A stretch of 64,000 nt of DNA from Styela clava (Eukaryota), in NCBI RefSeq assembly GCF_964204865.1, contig NC_135250.1, positions 31,868,001 to 31,932,000 of the forward strand, written 5' to 3'. The notes below the pieces were generated by a model, which did not search any database, was not told where the DNA came from, and saw only the letters and a list, made by a program, of their open reading frames with translations. The position numbers were made by a program, and so were the translations under genes. This document shows, one piece after another, positions 1 through 13,234 of this stretch (within the stretch, counting starts at the first letter, position 1; each line of letters begins with the position of its first letter).

Positions 1-27
1 TATTCATAACATGGAATAGTATATATA

Positions 28-140
28 CAGTGATACCATAGCTTAGTTGATACTTTAACAATTAGTCGGTCGACCAAAAGATTCTAGTCCAAAATGCACC
101 GATTCAGAACAAATTATGTTTGATTACAGAGGTATCACTG
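28..140. mobile_element. Short Tc1/pogo-type MITE
   Basis: Inverted termini CAGTGATACC...GGTATCACTG, flanked by TA on both sides. Confidence 0.7.
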
Positions 141-408
141 TATACAATTTTCATGAAATCATACACAGTTGAAGATGAAATAGATTTAGTTCGATTAATT
201 TGCGTAAATGAACATTTGGGAGAGAACAAAACCTAATAATTAGTTTAAAAAATATTAAACGCGTTCACCCAGCGAAAACAAACTCAAAGCAAATAAATAT
301 AGACTGTGAGTTAACATTCAGGCACTTCAAAATCAGATAATAGGCAATTTACTCTCAAACAAAACAGCAGCAGGGTTCAAATTAAACATAAAATTGTCTT
401 TTCTTTAG

Positions 409-3400
409 GAAGCCTCAAGGGGTTCTACTGTTAATCATCTTACACTTCAAATGAAGAATTCACAAACTGGGTTTGCAGATTTGGCATCTCAGGTTGAAGA
501 TTCTTCTAGCAAGATTGAAAGTTTGGAGGTTGAGGTGGAAGCTCTTAAATCTATGGTAAGTGGGTGTATATATTGTGGTGTATTCATGCCTTCACTCTAG
601 ACAAGGCTCAATAGAAGTGATTGATAGAGGGTCAAAAGTCAAAATTAGAGTGGAAAGATATTTGCGGGCGGCCGTTGTATGAAATCCTAATATTGTTACG
701 TATAATTAAATTGTTATGAATATACATGTGCTTGAACTGTGATAATGACGTAACAATTGGCGCTATCTAAAACACAAAAAGGTAAAAACATATAAAGTGG
801 TAAACTTTTTCACTTAAGGGGTAGAGATTATTAAATCATTATGTGGGCCCGCAATTGACTCAGAGTTTGAGAAATATTGCTTTATAGAAACAATCGCCAG
901 TGGCTTCTATGCCCACACCCTATACTTTTAACAAGTAGTTTACAGTGGATTACACTTGTTAATGATCGGTTGAATCAAGGCTTCCCATCGTTACTAGAAG
1001 TGTTGGGGCAGCTCATTGACCCGAATCAAGTCTGACTAGAGCAGTGGTTGTAAAACTTTGAGCCAATCGTGGGATGTCAGACATTTTATATTAGGCCTCC
1101 AATCAATTTCAAGTACACAAAAAGCCTGAGTCATTGACTCATGGTTCAAAACTTTCGAACTCTCTAAGTTTTGGGACTTTCATCCAACACATTGAGACAT
1201 AATTCACTGATTGACCAGACTTCTGACTTTGATGACCAGCGACTCAGGTTCAGAAACGTCTAATCAATACAGGCTATATGTCTGTTTCTTGGTTTGGAAA
1301 AATCAACCAATCATTCGTTTTAGGCGCATGAATTTGACTTGTTTTGATTTCTTTTTTTATCAGAAATCTACTCAAAGTGAAAGTGCAGAACTAAAGAAAC
1401 TGGATGATCTTATCAAAGTATCGAACACTAATATTGCTTATCTATCAGACGAGGCGATAAGGCTTGATAAGAGATTACGAGATTACTTCGAACAAGTAAG
1501 TTTTGATTGGTTTGTAATTTTCCATCATAAACGACTCACTGAGAAATGCGATAGGATATTCATATTTATCTGGATTGAGGGAAACAGATAAGATAACTGA
1601 TCGGACTGAGGGCTGTGCGCTGACGAACCCACGGCTTGTCTGATGGTCGGCACATCAGCATGTTCATGGATTTGGTTCTTCCGGTTCCGGTTATGATGTG
1701 TTTTGCAGGTTCAACACCTGTAAAGGACTATTGAATGAAAAAGGACTGCTGGACTCATCACTATTGTAGGGTGGTTCGCGTAATTACTGGTCGGTTAGGC
1801 ATTAAGTTCTTGCATCTGAAACAAATAACTGAATAACTATTCTTCCATGGACCAGTAAATGGACATGGGTCACAATTAGGGCTGGGCATTTTCGAATACC
1901 TTGTGATTTCAGAATCGAATCGAATAATATATTTCTCGAATCGAATCGAATTTGAATACTTGAAAATATATAATTGTAAGCGATTTTATTATAGTAATTG
2001 GTCCTCTCAACAAATGAATTACTGAAGACATAGAATAAATCACCCAGATAGATTACTGAGCGCTCACACAGAATAACAAACACGTTTTATCAGTAACTCA
2101 CTACAGAAAATAGTCATATGTTAGAATTTCGTTGAAAAAATATGACTCCAATGAAAATAAAATTGGGGAATTCACCTCGACCATTGGCGGAAAGATGAAA
2201 ACAAGATGGCGGCGATTCGAAATTTAGCTCTGAACCGATTCGAATAATTTACTATTCGATTCGAATATTCGATTCAAAATGCCCAGCCCTAGTCACAATA
2301 TGCCTAAACCATCGGTCCCAACCGTCCCAACAGAAACTTTTTGAGTTGGGCTTTGTACCTGTTAATAATTGCTAGAGTTGTTGAATTAGTAGAACTTTGA
2401 TTGTAGTAGCAATGAATTAGGATATTGTTTTTGTTGTAGAGTTCTAGTTTTCATTCTAATTATTATTAAAGTAAAATTGTCCATTTTTGCGGAAAGGCTA
2501 TGTTATTTTCTTGTAGGTTTTTTTTTGCATAAAATCGTCAATGGACCACACAATTTTTGTGTATTGAAATGGGCCACGAAAAAGAAAATGTTGAGAACTA
2601 TTGGCCCTAATCAATTTAGTTTTACTACCCTCCTCAAGGATAATCATGAAAAAATTCTTTCATTTTGTTTTTTCTTCCCGAAATAAAAAATTCTCTTCAT
2701 TTTTCAGACAAACTCAATCCAGAAAGAAGTCATCAACCTGACGGCAGATAAATTAGCGATGGGTTCTGCTATTGAATCAATCAAAACCACAGTCGTTAAT
2801 ATTCGAGAAAATTTAGAGAAATTGGAGAGTCAAGGTCCAGTGAGCACACAAGAGGGCGACACAGCAACAATAGAAGCAACGGTGAGTTAGCGCTGTAGAA
2901 ACAGATTAGTAAAATATAATTTTTCAAATTTTCCTTATTTTAGTTCTATTACGGGGACTAGGTAAGTGACACTCATAGTATTTGTTCCTGTAACCCTAAC
3001 CTGGTACACATACTACGTTCCGGTGTCCACCATCTTAGTTCACATATTTCGGGAGTACTTGAAATTCTACTCAAGAACAGTATGATTGTTATGAAGCTTT
3101 TTACATATTCACACTGTGTTTGCAGGCACTGCTAAATGAGGTGGTACCACTATCAGTCCGCCATAGCTAACTTAATTTAATTACCCCATTGGTGAGTTAA
3201 TGGACATAGAATCTCAAATTATGGCAACTATTTGTTTAACACATTATATATCGTTTTTCCAAAGGCAAAAGCTTCGTAATACAATACAATTTATAGACAA
3301 ATAATAATTTATTGATTATGAGTTGGGTTACCAGAGACTAACTCCCAATCCTTCATTTTTGTGTTAGTTGATCTGTATGCCTATAACGCAAGGATGCTGT

Positions 3401-6400
3401 AGCAGGAATAAACATGTCTATACTCTTCAATTCAAGAGTCCTACTGCACACTAACAATTACAACGCACTAATGTATTTATGTAACGTTTTGTCTGTTTTT
3501 GTCGAAATATATGCTTCTACAAATTAGCCCTCCAACACCTAAACTGCATCCTACTCTACTAACGCATATTATTTTTTTAGCTTAAAGAACTTGACACCAG
3601 AACTACTGCTGAGATTGCAAAGCTGTCAAGACAAGTGTCGGTAAGTCAGTCTCGACTTCTTAATGAGATGTTTTTCTTAAACATGGAAAATTTGACCCAG
3701 AAAACTTTCTAGAAAAGTTTTTCAAACTCATAGAAATTAGAAATTTAATTCTCTTGAGTTGGGGGCAGAATTGCAGACTTCTCCTAATGATGATAAATAT
3801 CTAAGTCAAACTTTCCGACTGAACTTGAAAGGCATTAAGCATTCTGAACAGACAATTACTTGACGAGTGCTTGCATATGCCAAAGTTTTTGCTTTCAAAA
3901 ACAGTTTTCTTTAAGAGTTTAAAGTTGAAATTTCCTCCATCATATTCATATTGTCAGGAGCTAGAGTCAATAATATATTGCCAACCAGGAGTTTGGGGTT
4001 GGCGCTGAAAAATTGATTTCACTGATTTTTCCTCATCTAAATTTGGTTTTCTCTGAGTTAGAGCTGGAAACGATTTAAAATTTCCTAATTTCAGGAATTA
4101 AAGTCAAAGTTTTTCTCAAACTGAAGTTCTCTACAGACCTGCCAGGAATAAAGTTATTTTAATTCCCTCTTTAACATTTTATTTACACCTCCAGGAAACA
4201 TCGGAAAACTCAGCGCAATGGCTTCAGCAATCAACTGATCAAATCAGTAAAAAATGTCAACAAACTGTCGAGGATTTGACGAAGCAATTCAATGAAGTTA
4301 AGGTGAGTAAGATTGTAGTATAAAAACTGGGGGCGGGAAGGGAGAGATTAAATTGCTTGTAAAACTATTTATATTGGACTGGGTTCTTGAAAATTATGGT
4401 GTTGCTAGTAGCAACCGTCACAGGTGGCTTAAATAGCTCAATCTATTCTCTCTGCTTTGTGTTAATGGATGCACCGACTGCAAGAACACTGGAGTGTATC
4501 AGGAACCAATATACCTATGTTGATTGGTCGGAGCGGTGGCACTTTTTTACCCTGGGCAAGGCCTTAAACAAAGAGCTATTGATATCTGATGATATATAAG
4601 GAGTTGCTATTTAATTTGAATATGAATATTTCTGGTTCTCTATTACAGGGCTACTCAACTATTTTTATCGAAGGTTCGCAAACAAAACTTCAAAATTATT
4701 TGGGTCCGGTATCTTTCCAGAAATGATATTCCGGCATCCTTAAACGAGCACTTCCTCGACCGACTAATGATTAGTAGCAAATTAAAATTGTTCATTATGG
4801 TGTTATAGTTCTTTTCGTATATATTCAAAACTATGAAAGTCATTTTTTAATAGGAAATTCAAAAAAAAGTGGGGCTAATGATCCAAAATAAATAATTAGG
4901 TGCGGTCCAAATACAATACTCGAAAGGTCCGGATTCGGACCGCGGTCCGCCAGTTGAGTAGCCCTGATCTATTAGATACTGTCAATTTGTTAGCTTAAAT
5001 GTAACATTTAACACTGTGGGTTCTGGGATATCTCATCTATGTGAGAATTTCTGAATGAGCCATGAGTCTTATATATATGTGTCATCCTTCAAAGTCGAGG
5101 CAGTAGCGCAGATACTATTTAGTAGGGAGAATCTGAATATTTCTGACTTAGGGCATTATGGAGCTTGACATACGAAAAATGTTAACCAGAAAATAGAAAC
5201 GGCCATTGAATCAAAGTTGTGTCGGCCGGTAATTTTGTCGAATAAATACAATTGTTGTATTCAATGAAATATTTGATACTGTTGGTTTTTAGGTATCTCC
5301 TCTGTGAGAGGAATGTTTGGATGGGTCTTCTATTTATATATATTGTCCTTCAGATTCAAGGCAGTGCAGATTCGATAAGACATTGTTTCTAGCTGGCCTC
5401 GTGATACCATTAAAATCAACATTTTTGATATACATTTTCCTTTAATATTTCAGGTTCAAATCAAAGAACCAGCTCAGGCAACTGAGAATGAAAGTCTGAT
5501 CAACTCTGTTGCCACATTAGACACAAGTATGTTCTTGATTTTAGTTTTTCCAAATTTTTTTGTTTTGTTTTTTTAATGTTTTGCTACATTGTAGTCTGTC
5601 TTTTGTATCCTGTATTCCCGTTGCCAACATACTCAGAAGTAGACTAATGAGACCGGTGAAAGCTGCTGTGTATTATGCATGAGTAAATTGAAAAAGTCAA
5701 TTGAAATGCTAATTCCAACAAATTTTTCTTTTTTTCTTTCAGAAATATCTGGCATCAGTCAAACTGTCACAAAATTAAACAAAACATTGGCTGGAGTCGT
5801 TAAATATCAGAAGTCAAAACAACAGGCAGATGCGGATGAAGTGAGTATTGATATTTAAGGTGTTCATAAATAAGTAATAATGAGGAACTAAAGAAAATTA
5901 ACAAATACAAAATGAAATTTCTCCCCAAAAATGATAAAATTCTCCAAAAATGATAAAATTCCTCATCAGCTGGTATACATTTGGCATTGTTGTTCGAAAA
6001 AAATATTCTATACGATTTTATCACACCCGAAGTGAAATTATGTCTGATGAAATTGCAATTGTCACGTCATTGTTGCCCTTTGCTTATTGGACATTGTTAC
6101 AGAAATGAACTTCAAAAATAAACTTACGGTAAGAAATCGATGCTATGGGAAACATCTATTGTCTTTTTAAAAATAGTTGAATAGCGTTAGATAGTGACCA
6201 TTTATTTGTATCCTCTGATACTAAAATGCAATGCTTAAAAAAATAAAATCTGTATTTTCCTGACTCTAGTTTAACGGCGCTCCAGAAGTGTACCAATATG
6301 GAGGTGACTGATTCTGTTCGCCTAGTTCACATCAAGTTGTGTAAATGGCTGAATCTTATGGGCAAGGGGTATATCCACTTGGCTAACACAGACAGTCCCG

Positions 6401-7113
6401 AACTCGTAATAGAACTAAAATAAGGAAAATTGGAATGAAAATATGACTCAACCATAACCTGGTACACGTACTACGGGAGTACCGATTTGACCATGATAAA
6501 ATCTCGCCCCAGGTTGAATCTGTAGAGAAGCTTACGTACCGAGTGATTGAGATCATGAACGAGGCAGCAGTGACCGAAGATAAGTTGGAAGAGTTGACAA
6601 AGCAGGTCACGAAGATCAACAATGAATTAAACGGAGTAAAAACTACGGCTCGTGAGTAGATCCTGATTTTGTTAACTAAAAATTTATAGAACGTGCAACT
6701 AATATTACACTCAGGTGTACTGGTTTTTTATGGATATAAATTTACGTTGAAAATATGTCGATGAAACTAGCGTCATAATGACCCTTGCATTGTGCTTCTT
6801 ATTATTATATATAAACATTAGCCTAGCTAAGTTGTTTTTATCCATAGTTTTTTGATTCGAGCCTCCGGCCCAGTAACGAAGACTACCATCTGTAACCGGC
6901 CCACTCAAAAAAATAATTGGCCAACCCTGATCTAGGGTCCGGTTTGGGAAGCCTTGCAAGGGTCCATTATGTCTGCTGATAAGCTTTCCTCTCCCCCTTT
7001 TAATCTGCAATAACACTGTTACAGGTATATTAGAATCTCGTGTTGATGAAGTTCGAACGGGAACTAAAGACCCGATTCCTCAACCTGCGGAACCAGAGGG
7101 GCAAAAAGAATAA
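409..7113 (+). CDS. 3' part (about 339 aa) of an unidentified coiled-coil protein; 5' end lies outside the window
   Basis: Nine phase-compatible AG/GT exons: 409-555, 1364-1495, 2708-2881, 3581-3640, 4195-4302, 5454-5526, 5743-5840, 6513-6651, 7025-7113 (TAA). The joined frame is open, with heptad-like runs (LASQVEDSSSKIESLEVEVEALK; LEELTKQVTKINNELNGVK), and ends PIPQPAEPEGQKE*. Family not recognised. Confidence 0.85.
1877..2291. mobile_element. hAT-type MITE with TTCGAA-rich subterminal repeats; degenerate relative at about 47580-47938
   Basis: TIR TAGGGCTGGGCATTTT...AAAATGCCCAGCCCTA; perfect 8-bp TSD GTCACAAT. Confidence 0.9.
4646..4966. mobile_element. hAT (Charlie-like) MITE
   Basis: TIR CAGGGCTACTCAACT...AGTTGAGTAGCCCTG; TSD CTCTATTA/ATCTATTA (7/8); second copy at 53810-54120. 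Confidence 0.85.
6276..6483. mobile_element. GG-ended MITE, subfamily B; other copies near 8798-9000, 31216-31419, 33594-33810, 36844-37052, 56285-56475, 62389-62530
   Basis: Shared internal sequence in at least 7 places; ends GGCGCTCCAGAAG...GGGAGTACC; the copy at 56285-56475 has a perfect 8-bp TSD, CAAACCTC. Confidence 0.8.
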
Positions 7114-7469
7114 TTGGAGTTCAATAAAGCCTGGGGATGTTCGACGCATTTGCAATGATATTTCAATTTTTGCCAAATTTTATTAGGAACCCCCCCCCCT
7201 CCCCCCAAACAAGAAAATTTTAGTTCAATCCGCTTTTAAGCTGAGAAAGATGCTTTTGGGTGGAGAAAATATTTGGAAATATTGAGAATATGACTGAGAG
7301 TGTTTCAACAATTTTAACTGCTACGTCTTCCCCCCCTAATAAAAATATTCTTAGCCCTCTAGTGGAATTTGGCCCAATCTGTAAGGAATCCTAGAGTTAT
7401 TCAAATTTGGACCATCCTTAAGTGAAAGTCTTCTATTTTGTTATAATTTTGTGTGTCTGTAAGCAATTT

Positions 7470-8430
7470 TTTTTATATGTGATTGAAAAAATAGACAATT
7501 TTATGTAGCAATTGTATCTTTTCTGTTTTTGCTTTTTCGTGACCACTTACCGCCACAGCTTAAAAGTTTTTTGTCACCGTCTTTTGGACCACAAACTACA
7601 AATTCATTTGCTTTAAGAATTCAGGCAAATTTTTCTGTTTGTTGTAATTCCTTGTCTGCAACATTTTTAATTCGTAATTGCGGAAAAAATTAGACAATAT
7701 TATGTAGCAATTAGTATTTTTCTCTGTTTTGTGTTTGTTTATGCTTTGCTCCTTTGTGAACACTTACCCCACAGCTAAAAAGTTCTTTGTCACCATCTTG
7801 TGGACCACGAACTACCAAACAGTTTGCTTCAAAAACTCAAGCAAATTCTCTGTCTGTTGTAATTTCCTTGTTTGAAAGCAATTTTCTATGTGTGATTGCA
7901 GAAAAATTGATAATTCATAAAATTTGATGATCAAAAATTTGTGATATTATTTTATTTATTTGAAATGTTTGCTGAAAACTATGAAACTGGTGCTATTTAG
8001 ATTAGTGTTACTACATTATAATATGACAAAATAGGACATTTTCGTTAATTTTTCAACTTTCGCTCTCATAGAGGTTGTCATGTTCTCCTGTAAGTAAAGG
8101 ATCCCAACTAAGTTTGCTGTTCAAAAACTTTATTACTCATTAAAGTTGATCAAATAAATAAAGCTCTGTGTTAAATAGTTGACAACAAAATCTGTTTTTA
8201 TTTTCATTGGAATTTTCTAGTGAGTTGTTGCTTGTATTTGTAGCGGCTATCAAGTTTGTTTTGTTAGCAAAAAGATCCCAAGTTTGTTGTTCAAAACATT
8301 ATTACTCTTTAAGTTAATCAAATAAATTGATAAAGTAGGTGTTGTATTAAATTATCGCCAAAAAATCTCCCATTTCATCTTCTTTGGAATTTTCCAGTTG
8401 AGTAACTGCTTGCATTTGTAGCGTAGTGGC
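7470..8430. repeat. Degenerate local duplications in the 3' UTR/flank of the coiled-coil gene
   Basis: About 7480-7670 resembles about 7680-7880 (cacagctaaaag...ttgtcacc..cttgtggaccac); about 8100-8250 resembles about 8270-8430 (gatcccaa..agtttg.tgttcaaaac). Boundaries approximate. Confidence 0.7.
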
Positions 8431-11400
8431 TATGATGTTCATGCCCCATTTTGAGCTCTGGTTGAAACAATTATCCCAAAAATATCAATGTTTATAAAAC
8501 TAATTGAGTTTATTGAAAACCTTGCAGAAAATACCAGAACTCATTGACGGACCAAAAACTTTCTATGTTTCCATATTTTATATTACACTATTCTATTCAA
8601 ATCGTATACTGAGATTTTTTTCATTCTCATGCAGTAAAAGTTGTTGTATGATTTGTAGCAAAGCCGTTACTATTTTTGTGTACCACTTTGAGTTTCTTAT
8701 GGGAATTAATAAACGGGGTGCCCAAAAAACGATCCCACAAATTTCTTAAATACTTTCATGGAAAGAGGAAAAAATTGTGTATGATTAAACCCAAAAGAGC
8801 GCTCCAAAAGGGTGGTGTACTAATATGGAGGTAAATAATTTTGTTTGCCTACTTTACATCAAATTGTTTGAAGGGACTGAAAACTATGGGCAGGGGTGGT
8901 ATGTTCTCTTGGCTAACACAGAGTCCCCGAACTCGAAATAGAATAAGGAAAAAAAAAGAATAAGGCCTAACCCTAACCTGGTACACACACTGAGCACTCC
9001 CTTAAAGTTTCTGTAATCTAGGACGCTCCCACTAGCAATCCCTTTCTCCAGGTCTAGAATATGTTCCACATGACCAGGGTTCTGTATTTTTAGGTTTCCT
9101 AGAATCAAAAATGGTCCCCTATATTTTGTATAATTGTAATATTATAACTTGTGCTATTTCTGTACAATTGCTAAGTGCCAAACTCTAAAAGAGCAAATTG
9201 ATTTTTGAATAATTTTTTTATATTTGCAGTAAATATGAAAAGTATGAAGCAAGTAATTGTGTATTTTCCATCCATGGTCCTGATGAAGTTTCGTTTGTGT
9301 AGACCAGTACTTCCCAACCTTTTATTGCTCGTGACCTCCCAACCTTTTATTGCTCGTGACCTCCCTCCGGAGGCTTTTAGCACCTGTGGCATCCCTGTTT
9401 ACCATTCCAGTGGTATTTATAGTGTTATTGGCCGCGGGCCCTGGTTGAACACTGTCAGTATAAACATTCGAAACATGAGCAGAACTTGTATTCTTGCTTC
9501 ATACCAGTTGTGCCTCTGTTATAAACCATTTTATACATTGAAATTATGTTGCAAAAGAGAATCATTTTGAAGTTTTTTAATGCAGTATTTAACTTTTAAG
9601 TAAATTCATATTCTGCAGTTGTGCGGCCATTACTATATTCATATATATAATCTGTATCTTATCGAAGAAAAACATGATTTGACTTTATAATGAGGGCTTC
9701 CAGAAAAAAAGTTAACTTAAAAATATGTTCTAAGCCAAGTTTGAAGCAATATTCACCCCAAAGTGTTTCAATGATAATACAGGAGTTTAAACATCAAGTA
9801 TATACATTTTTTTTCCTTTCCTCAAAACAGATTTTTTTTACGAATGAACGAAAACTTTGGCATATTCAAGCGTTTTTTATTAGACTGTTACGCTTAGCAG
9901 GAAGTATTTACTTCTTTGTGTCACTATTGAAGATCTTAAACTCCAATCCCGGGAAATTCAGAATTTTAACTTCCCACTTCTGGACTCAGTCCAAACTCAA
10001 AGTATGACTTCTGTATTTCTGGCAACTGCCTAATTATTTGCTTTTGAAGCCTAATTTTGCCTGATCAATCTATCAACTGTGTTGCGCACCTATTATTGCT
10101 GAAATCTATATGTCCTGCTTCTTAATATAGTTGTTTTGTCCATGAAAATGGTCTAGTATATTTGGGGAAAAAGGCCTTGAAGATTTCGTTACTTCAAAAA
10201 AGAACTCTTTGGCTTATCAGTGACCTCCTTCAAAGTTTCTATAACATGGGTGGTCAATTACTTTTCTGAGTGGGCCAGAGGCTCTAAAGTATGAATAGAA
10301 AACAGTTTTATCTAAAGCTAGTCCAACAGCCAGGCTGATGTACATACAATAATATGAAGCACGATGTAACAATTGGAGTCATGATGACGTTATTTTCAAC
10401 AGAAATTTATATCCATAGTCTGTTTATCTGTAGTCTTAATTTCCGCAGACAAAAGTGGCAGAATGATGAAACACTTCGGTGGACTGTAATTTGCCCCCCC
10501 CTGCTCTATAAGTACTGGTAATTGCTTGCCTAGAGTCTCATTAAAAGTGAACAATTAAGGAACATGAGCAATGACGTATTGATAAAAGTAGAATGCTACA
10601 GCGTCCCTGCAGGACTAGAATATTTTGTACTCGTCAAACAAGCTGAAAATTGGATTTGAGAACAAGGACCCCAGCTTGCGACTTTTGAAAAGGATTCAAT
10701 TAAAATGATTGTTTTATTAACGAAAGAGCTCGGGATAAACTCATCTGCAAACATGTCCTTGTGGGAAGTGTTGCAATCGCCGCTGACACGCTAATATATT
10801 AATAGCTACTGCACATTACAAGTTAGATCATTCTTTATGCAACCATGATCACAGGTTTGAGAAAGTTGATTAACTAAGAGAAGATGGGATTTACATATAT
10901 ATATATGGGTTGAGAAAAGTCGGTAAGACGGCTTAATACTATGACAAACCACGCTCTCTCATTGGGTTTCCAGTCTATGTCGTGTATGAGATTAGTTTGT
11001 CAGTTATTTGTTTTCAGAAGCATAGACTTGACTATCGAAATGTTCACCCACCCAGTAGAGACAAAAACGTAAACTCTAGAAACTGATTTTGATTAAGTTT
11101 TCAAAACCTAACAATGATATCAGTCATTTAGGTTTGTGACATAAAAGGAAACTCTGCAACGGGCAATCTCCTGCTTAAATCATTGGGCATAATCATTAGA
11201 ATAATTGTGTGAGATTCGTAACCATATGGGCAAGGAAAAAAGGGTCACTTCATCGTTTTCACTTTAGGATATGAAGTTTGATCGATACTGGAATACCAGA
11301 AGGTAGACCTTTTCCAAATTACTGATTTATAATAATATTTTCATATTTATCCTGTAAGATTGACAAGGTGACAGATTAATCACATGAGTTACTATGGTTC

Positions 11401-11919
11401 TTATATCAGGTTAGCATTCCATGGAGGTAATAGGGGTAGATTTTTTATTTTCATCTCGGGGAAAGAAATCCGATGAGATGGGTTACAAGCTCTCACCCAG
11501 TTCCCAGTGGATAGGATTTACATATTTATCCCGGGGGAGAGGAAATCCGATAAGACGGCTTAATCATATGGCGAACCACGGCCTCTTGTCCGGTTACCAG
11601 TCCAGGTCGGGTATGGGATTAGTTAGCCAGTTATTTGTTTTCGGAAGCATGGACTTGACCGTGCATGTTGCAGTGCATGTTGAGTTTGGAATTAATAAGT
11701 TAGTTATTGGATTTGTGCATGTACAGATCACTTCCTAATGCTTAGCATAATGCCCCAACCAATCTATCCAGGTACCAATTTGTAAAATGATATAAAGACA
11801 CATTAAGTCAGTAAATGATGCAATTTTTCCAAGTTAACAAATTTCCAGTTGGTAGAACTATATAACGCTATAAAGACACACAATAAATAAAGTCTAACTC
11901 AAGTCTTCATTCTTCAAAA

Positions 11920-12267
11920 TCATTCTTCCTCTTCAGGTCCGTATCGTTCTGCGAATATTTCACGATATTTGAAGAACTCTTCATCAGAAGGGCTTTGAAA
12001 TTGGACTACTTTCCCCGTCTCGAAGGCTTCAATTCTTTCTCTCATTTGAATAGTTTTGTAAACTCCCCAGGCAGCAATCCCACCCCCTCCTACGACAATA
12101 TAGGCGATTCCTTCAGCAACAGAAATGTCAGGTCCGTGTCCAGCCATCGTTCTACGGCCAGTGTTTTGCGTCGCATTCGCTAGCAATGGTTTTTTGTTCA
12201 TGGAACGTAAAGTTGACATTTGACGGGAAAATGTCCCCAATGATTTTCGTAGACCTTGTTGCAACAT
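11920..12267 (-). CDS. Small single-pass mitochondrial membrane protein, probably cytochrome c oxidase subunit 8-like, with a C-terminal extension
   Basis: ATG in GCCATG context. N-terminus rich in R/K/S/T with no acidic residues (presequence-like, ending GRRTM). One hydrophobic segment, ISVAEGIAYIVVGGGGIAAWGVY, resembles the IS.AE...AW..Y pattern I recall from invertebrate COX8. Downstream AATAAA-type signals appear as TTTATT on +. Coding status likely; COX8 identity tentative. Confidence 0.6.
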   Translation of the reverse strand: MLQQGLRKSLGTFSRQMSTLRSMNKKPLLANATQNTGRRTMAGHGPDISVAEGIAYIVVGGGGIAAWGVYKTIQMRERIEAFETGKVVQFQSPSDEEFFKYREIFAERYGPEEEE

Positions 12268-13234
12268 GGCTTCCCCAGTATTCCACGAAACTCAACGTAA
12301 AGAAATGCAAAATCAACAAACAACAATCAAACGACAACCTCTATCTCGGAACCGACCAAAGTCGATGTATTCAGTGTTGCCAGAATTTTTACAGATTTCT
12401 CAAATCCATAAAAAGAGAGAGAGAGATTTATTTTCGTCAACCAGAAAAAAAAAAACACTGAAACAATACCAACAATAAAAATGTATAGTTTTTCGGTATA
12501 GACTGGGAGGAGCGATACGACCATACGGTCATCAGAGTCAGCTCCCCCCATATTCACTATTTTAATTATGCATATGAGAATTCTTGAAAATTGAAAAAAA
12601 AAAAAAAATTTTCTATTACAGAAGAAATACAGAAATAATACAGAAAGTAATGACATCCTAAATAGATATCTAATATTGAGTTAGAAACGCAGATTTATAA
12701 TGCTATTCAAAAATTTAATAAATTATGAAATCAATCCTATCAGAATTTACCAAGAATGAATTATATTTTTAATTTTCAAATAGTAATTTTGAAGTTATAT
12801 TTGGAATCCTAATCTGCCGAAATATTATAATCGGAATTATCAGCTGCGCTTGGCCGGTTTCTGTTATTTTGCACCGAAAAGCGCGTTTATCTGTAAGTAT
12901 TGTCCATTATTTTATACTTTTGCTTGGAATTATTTGTTATTATTTATTGAAATATTTGACAATACAAACTCTCGGTCCCCGATAGAGGGCCATAGTTAAA
13001 CGTAAGTCGTAAACGAAACGAAATTTTCCAAAAGCTGCAATACCGGTAACAGCATACCGTACGAAAAAGATTAGCAATTTTCTTGTCAACCATTGTCCTC
13101 CAGACAGGTCGATCGCGAATATTAAAATAAAATCTATTGATCTATGTCTTATATTATATATTTCGATATTTAATCAATTGTGATAATTTTTATAGTTCTA
13201 ATAACAATTTTAAAGATAATTAATTGGCTCAGAT
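12268..13234. promoter_or_regulatory. Candidate divergent promoter and DAXX 5' non-coding exon/intron
   Basis: Head-to-head genes under 1 kb apart; locally CpG-richer patch at 12840-13120; donor GTAAGT at 12893; polypyrimidine-TAG acceptor ending at 13195, 39 nt before the DAXX ATG. Confidence 0.5.

Noticed and set aside
6103-6128. Possible 26-nt exon (ACAG...GTAAGA) in the coiled-coil gene
   Set aside because: It would introduce an immediate TGA and a frameshift, and the flanking exons join in frame without it. A poison exon cannot be supported from sequence alone.
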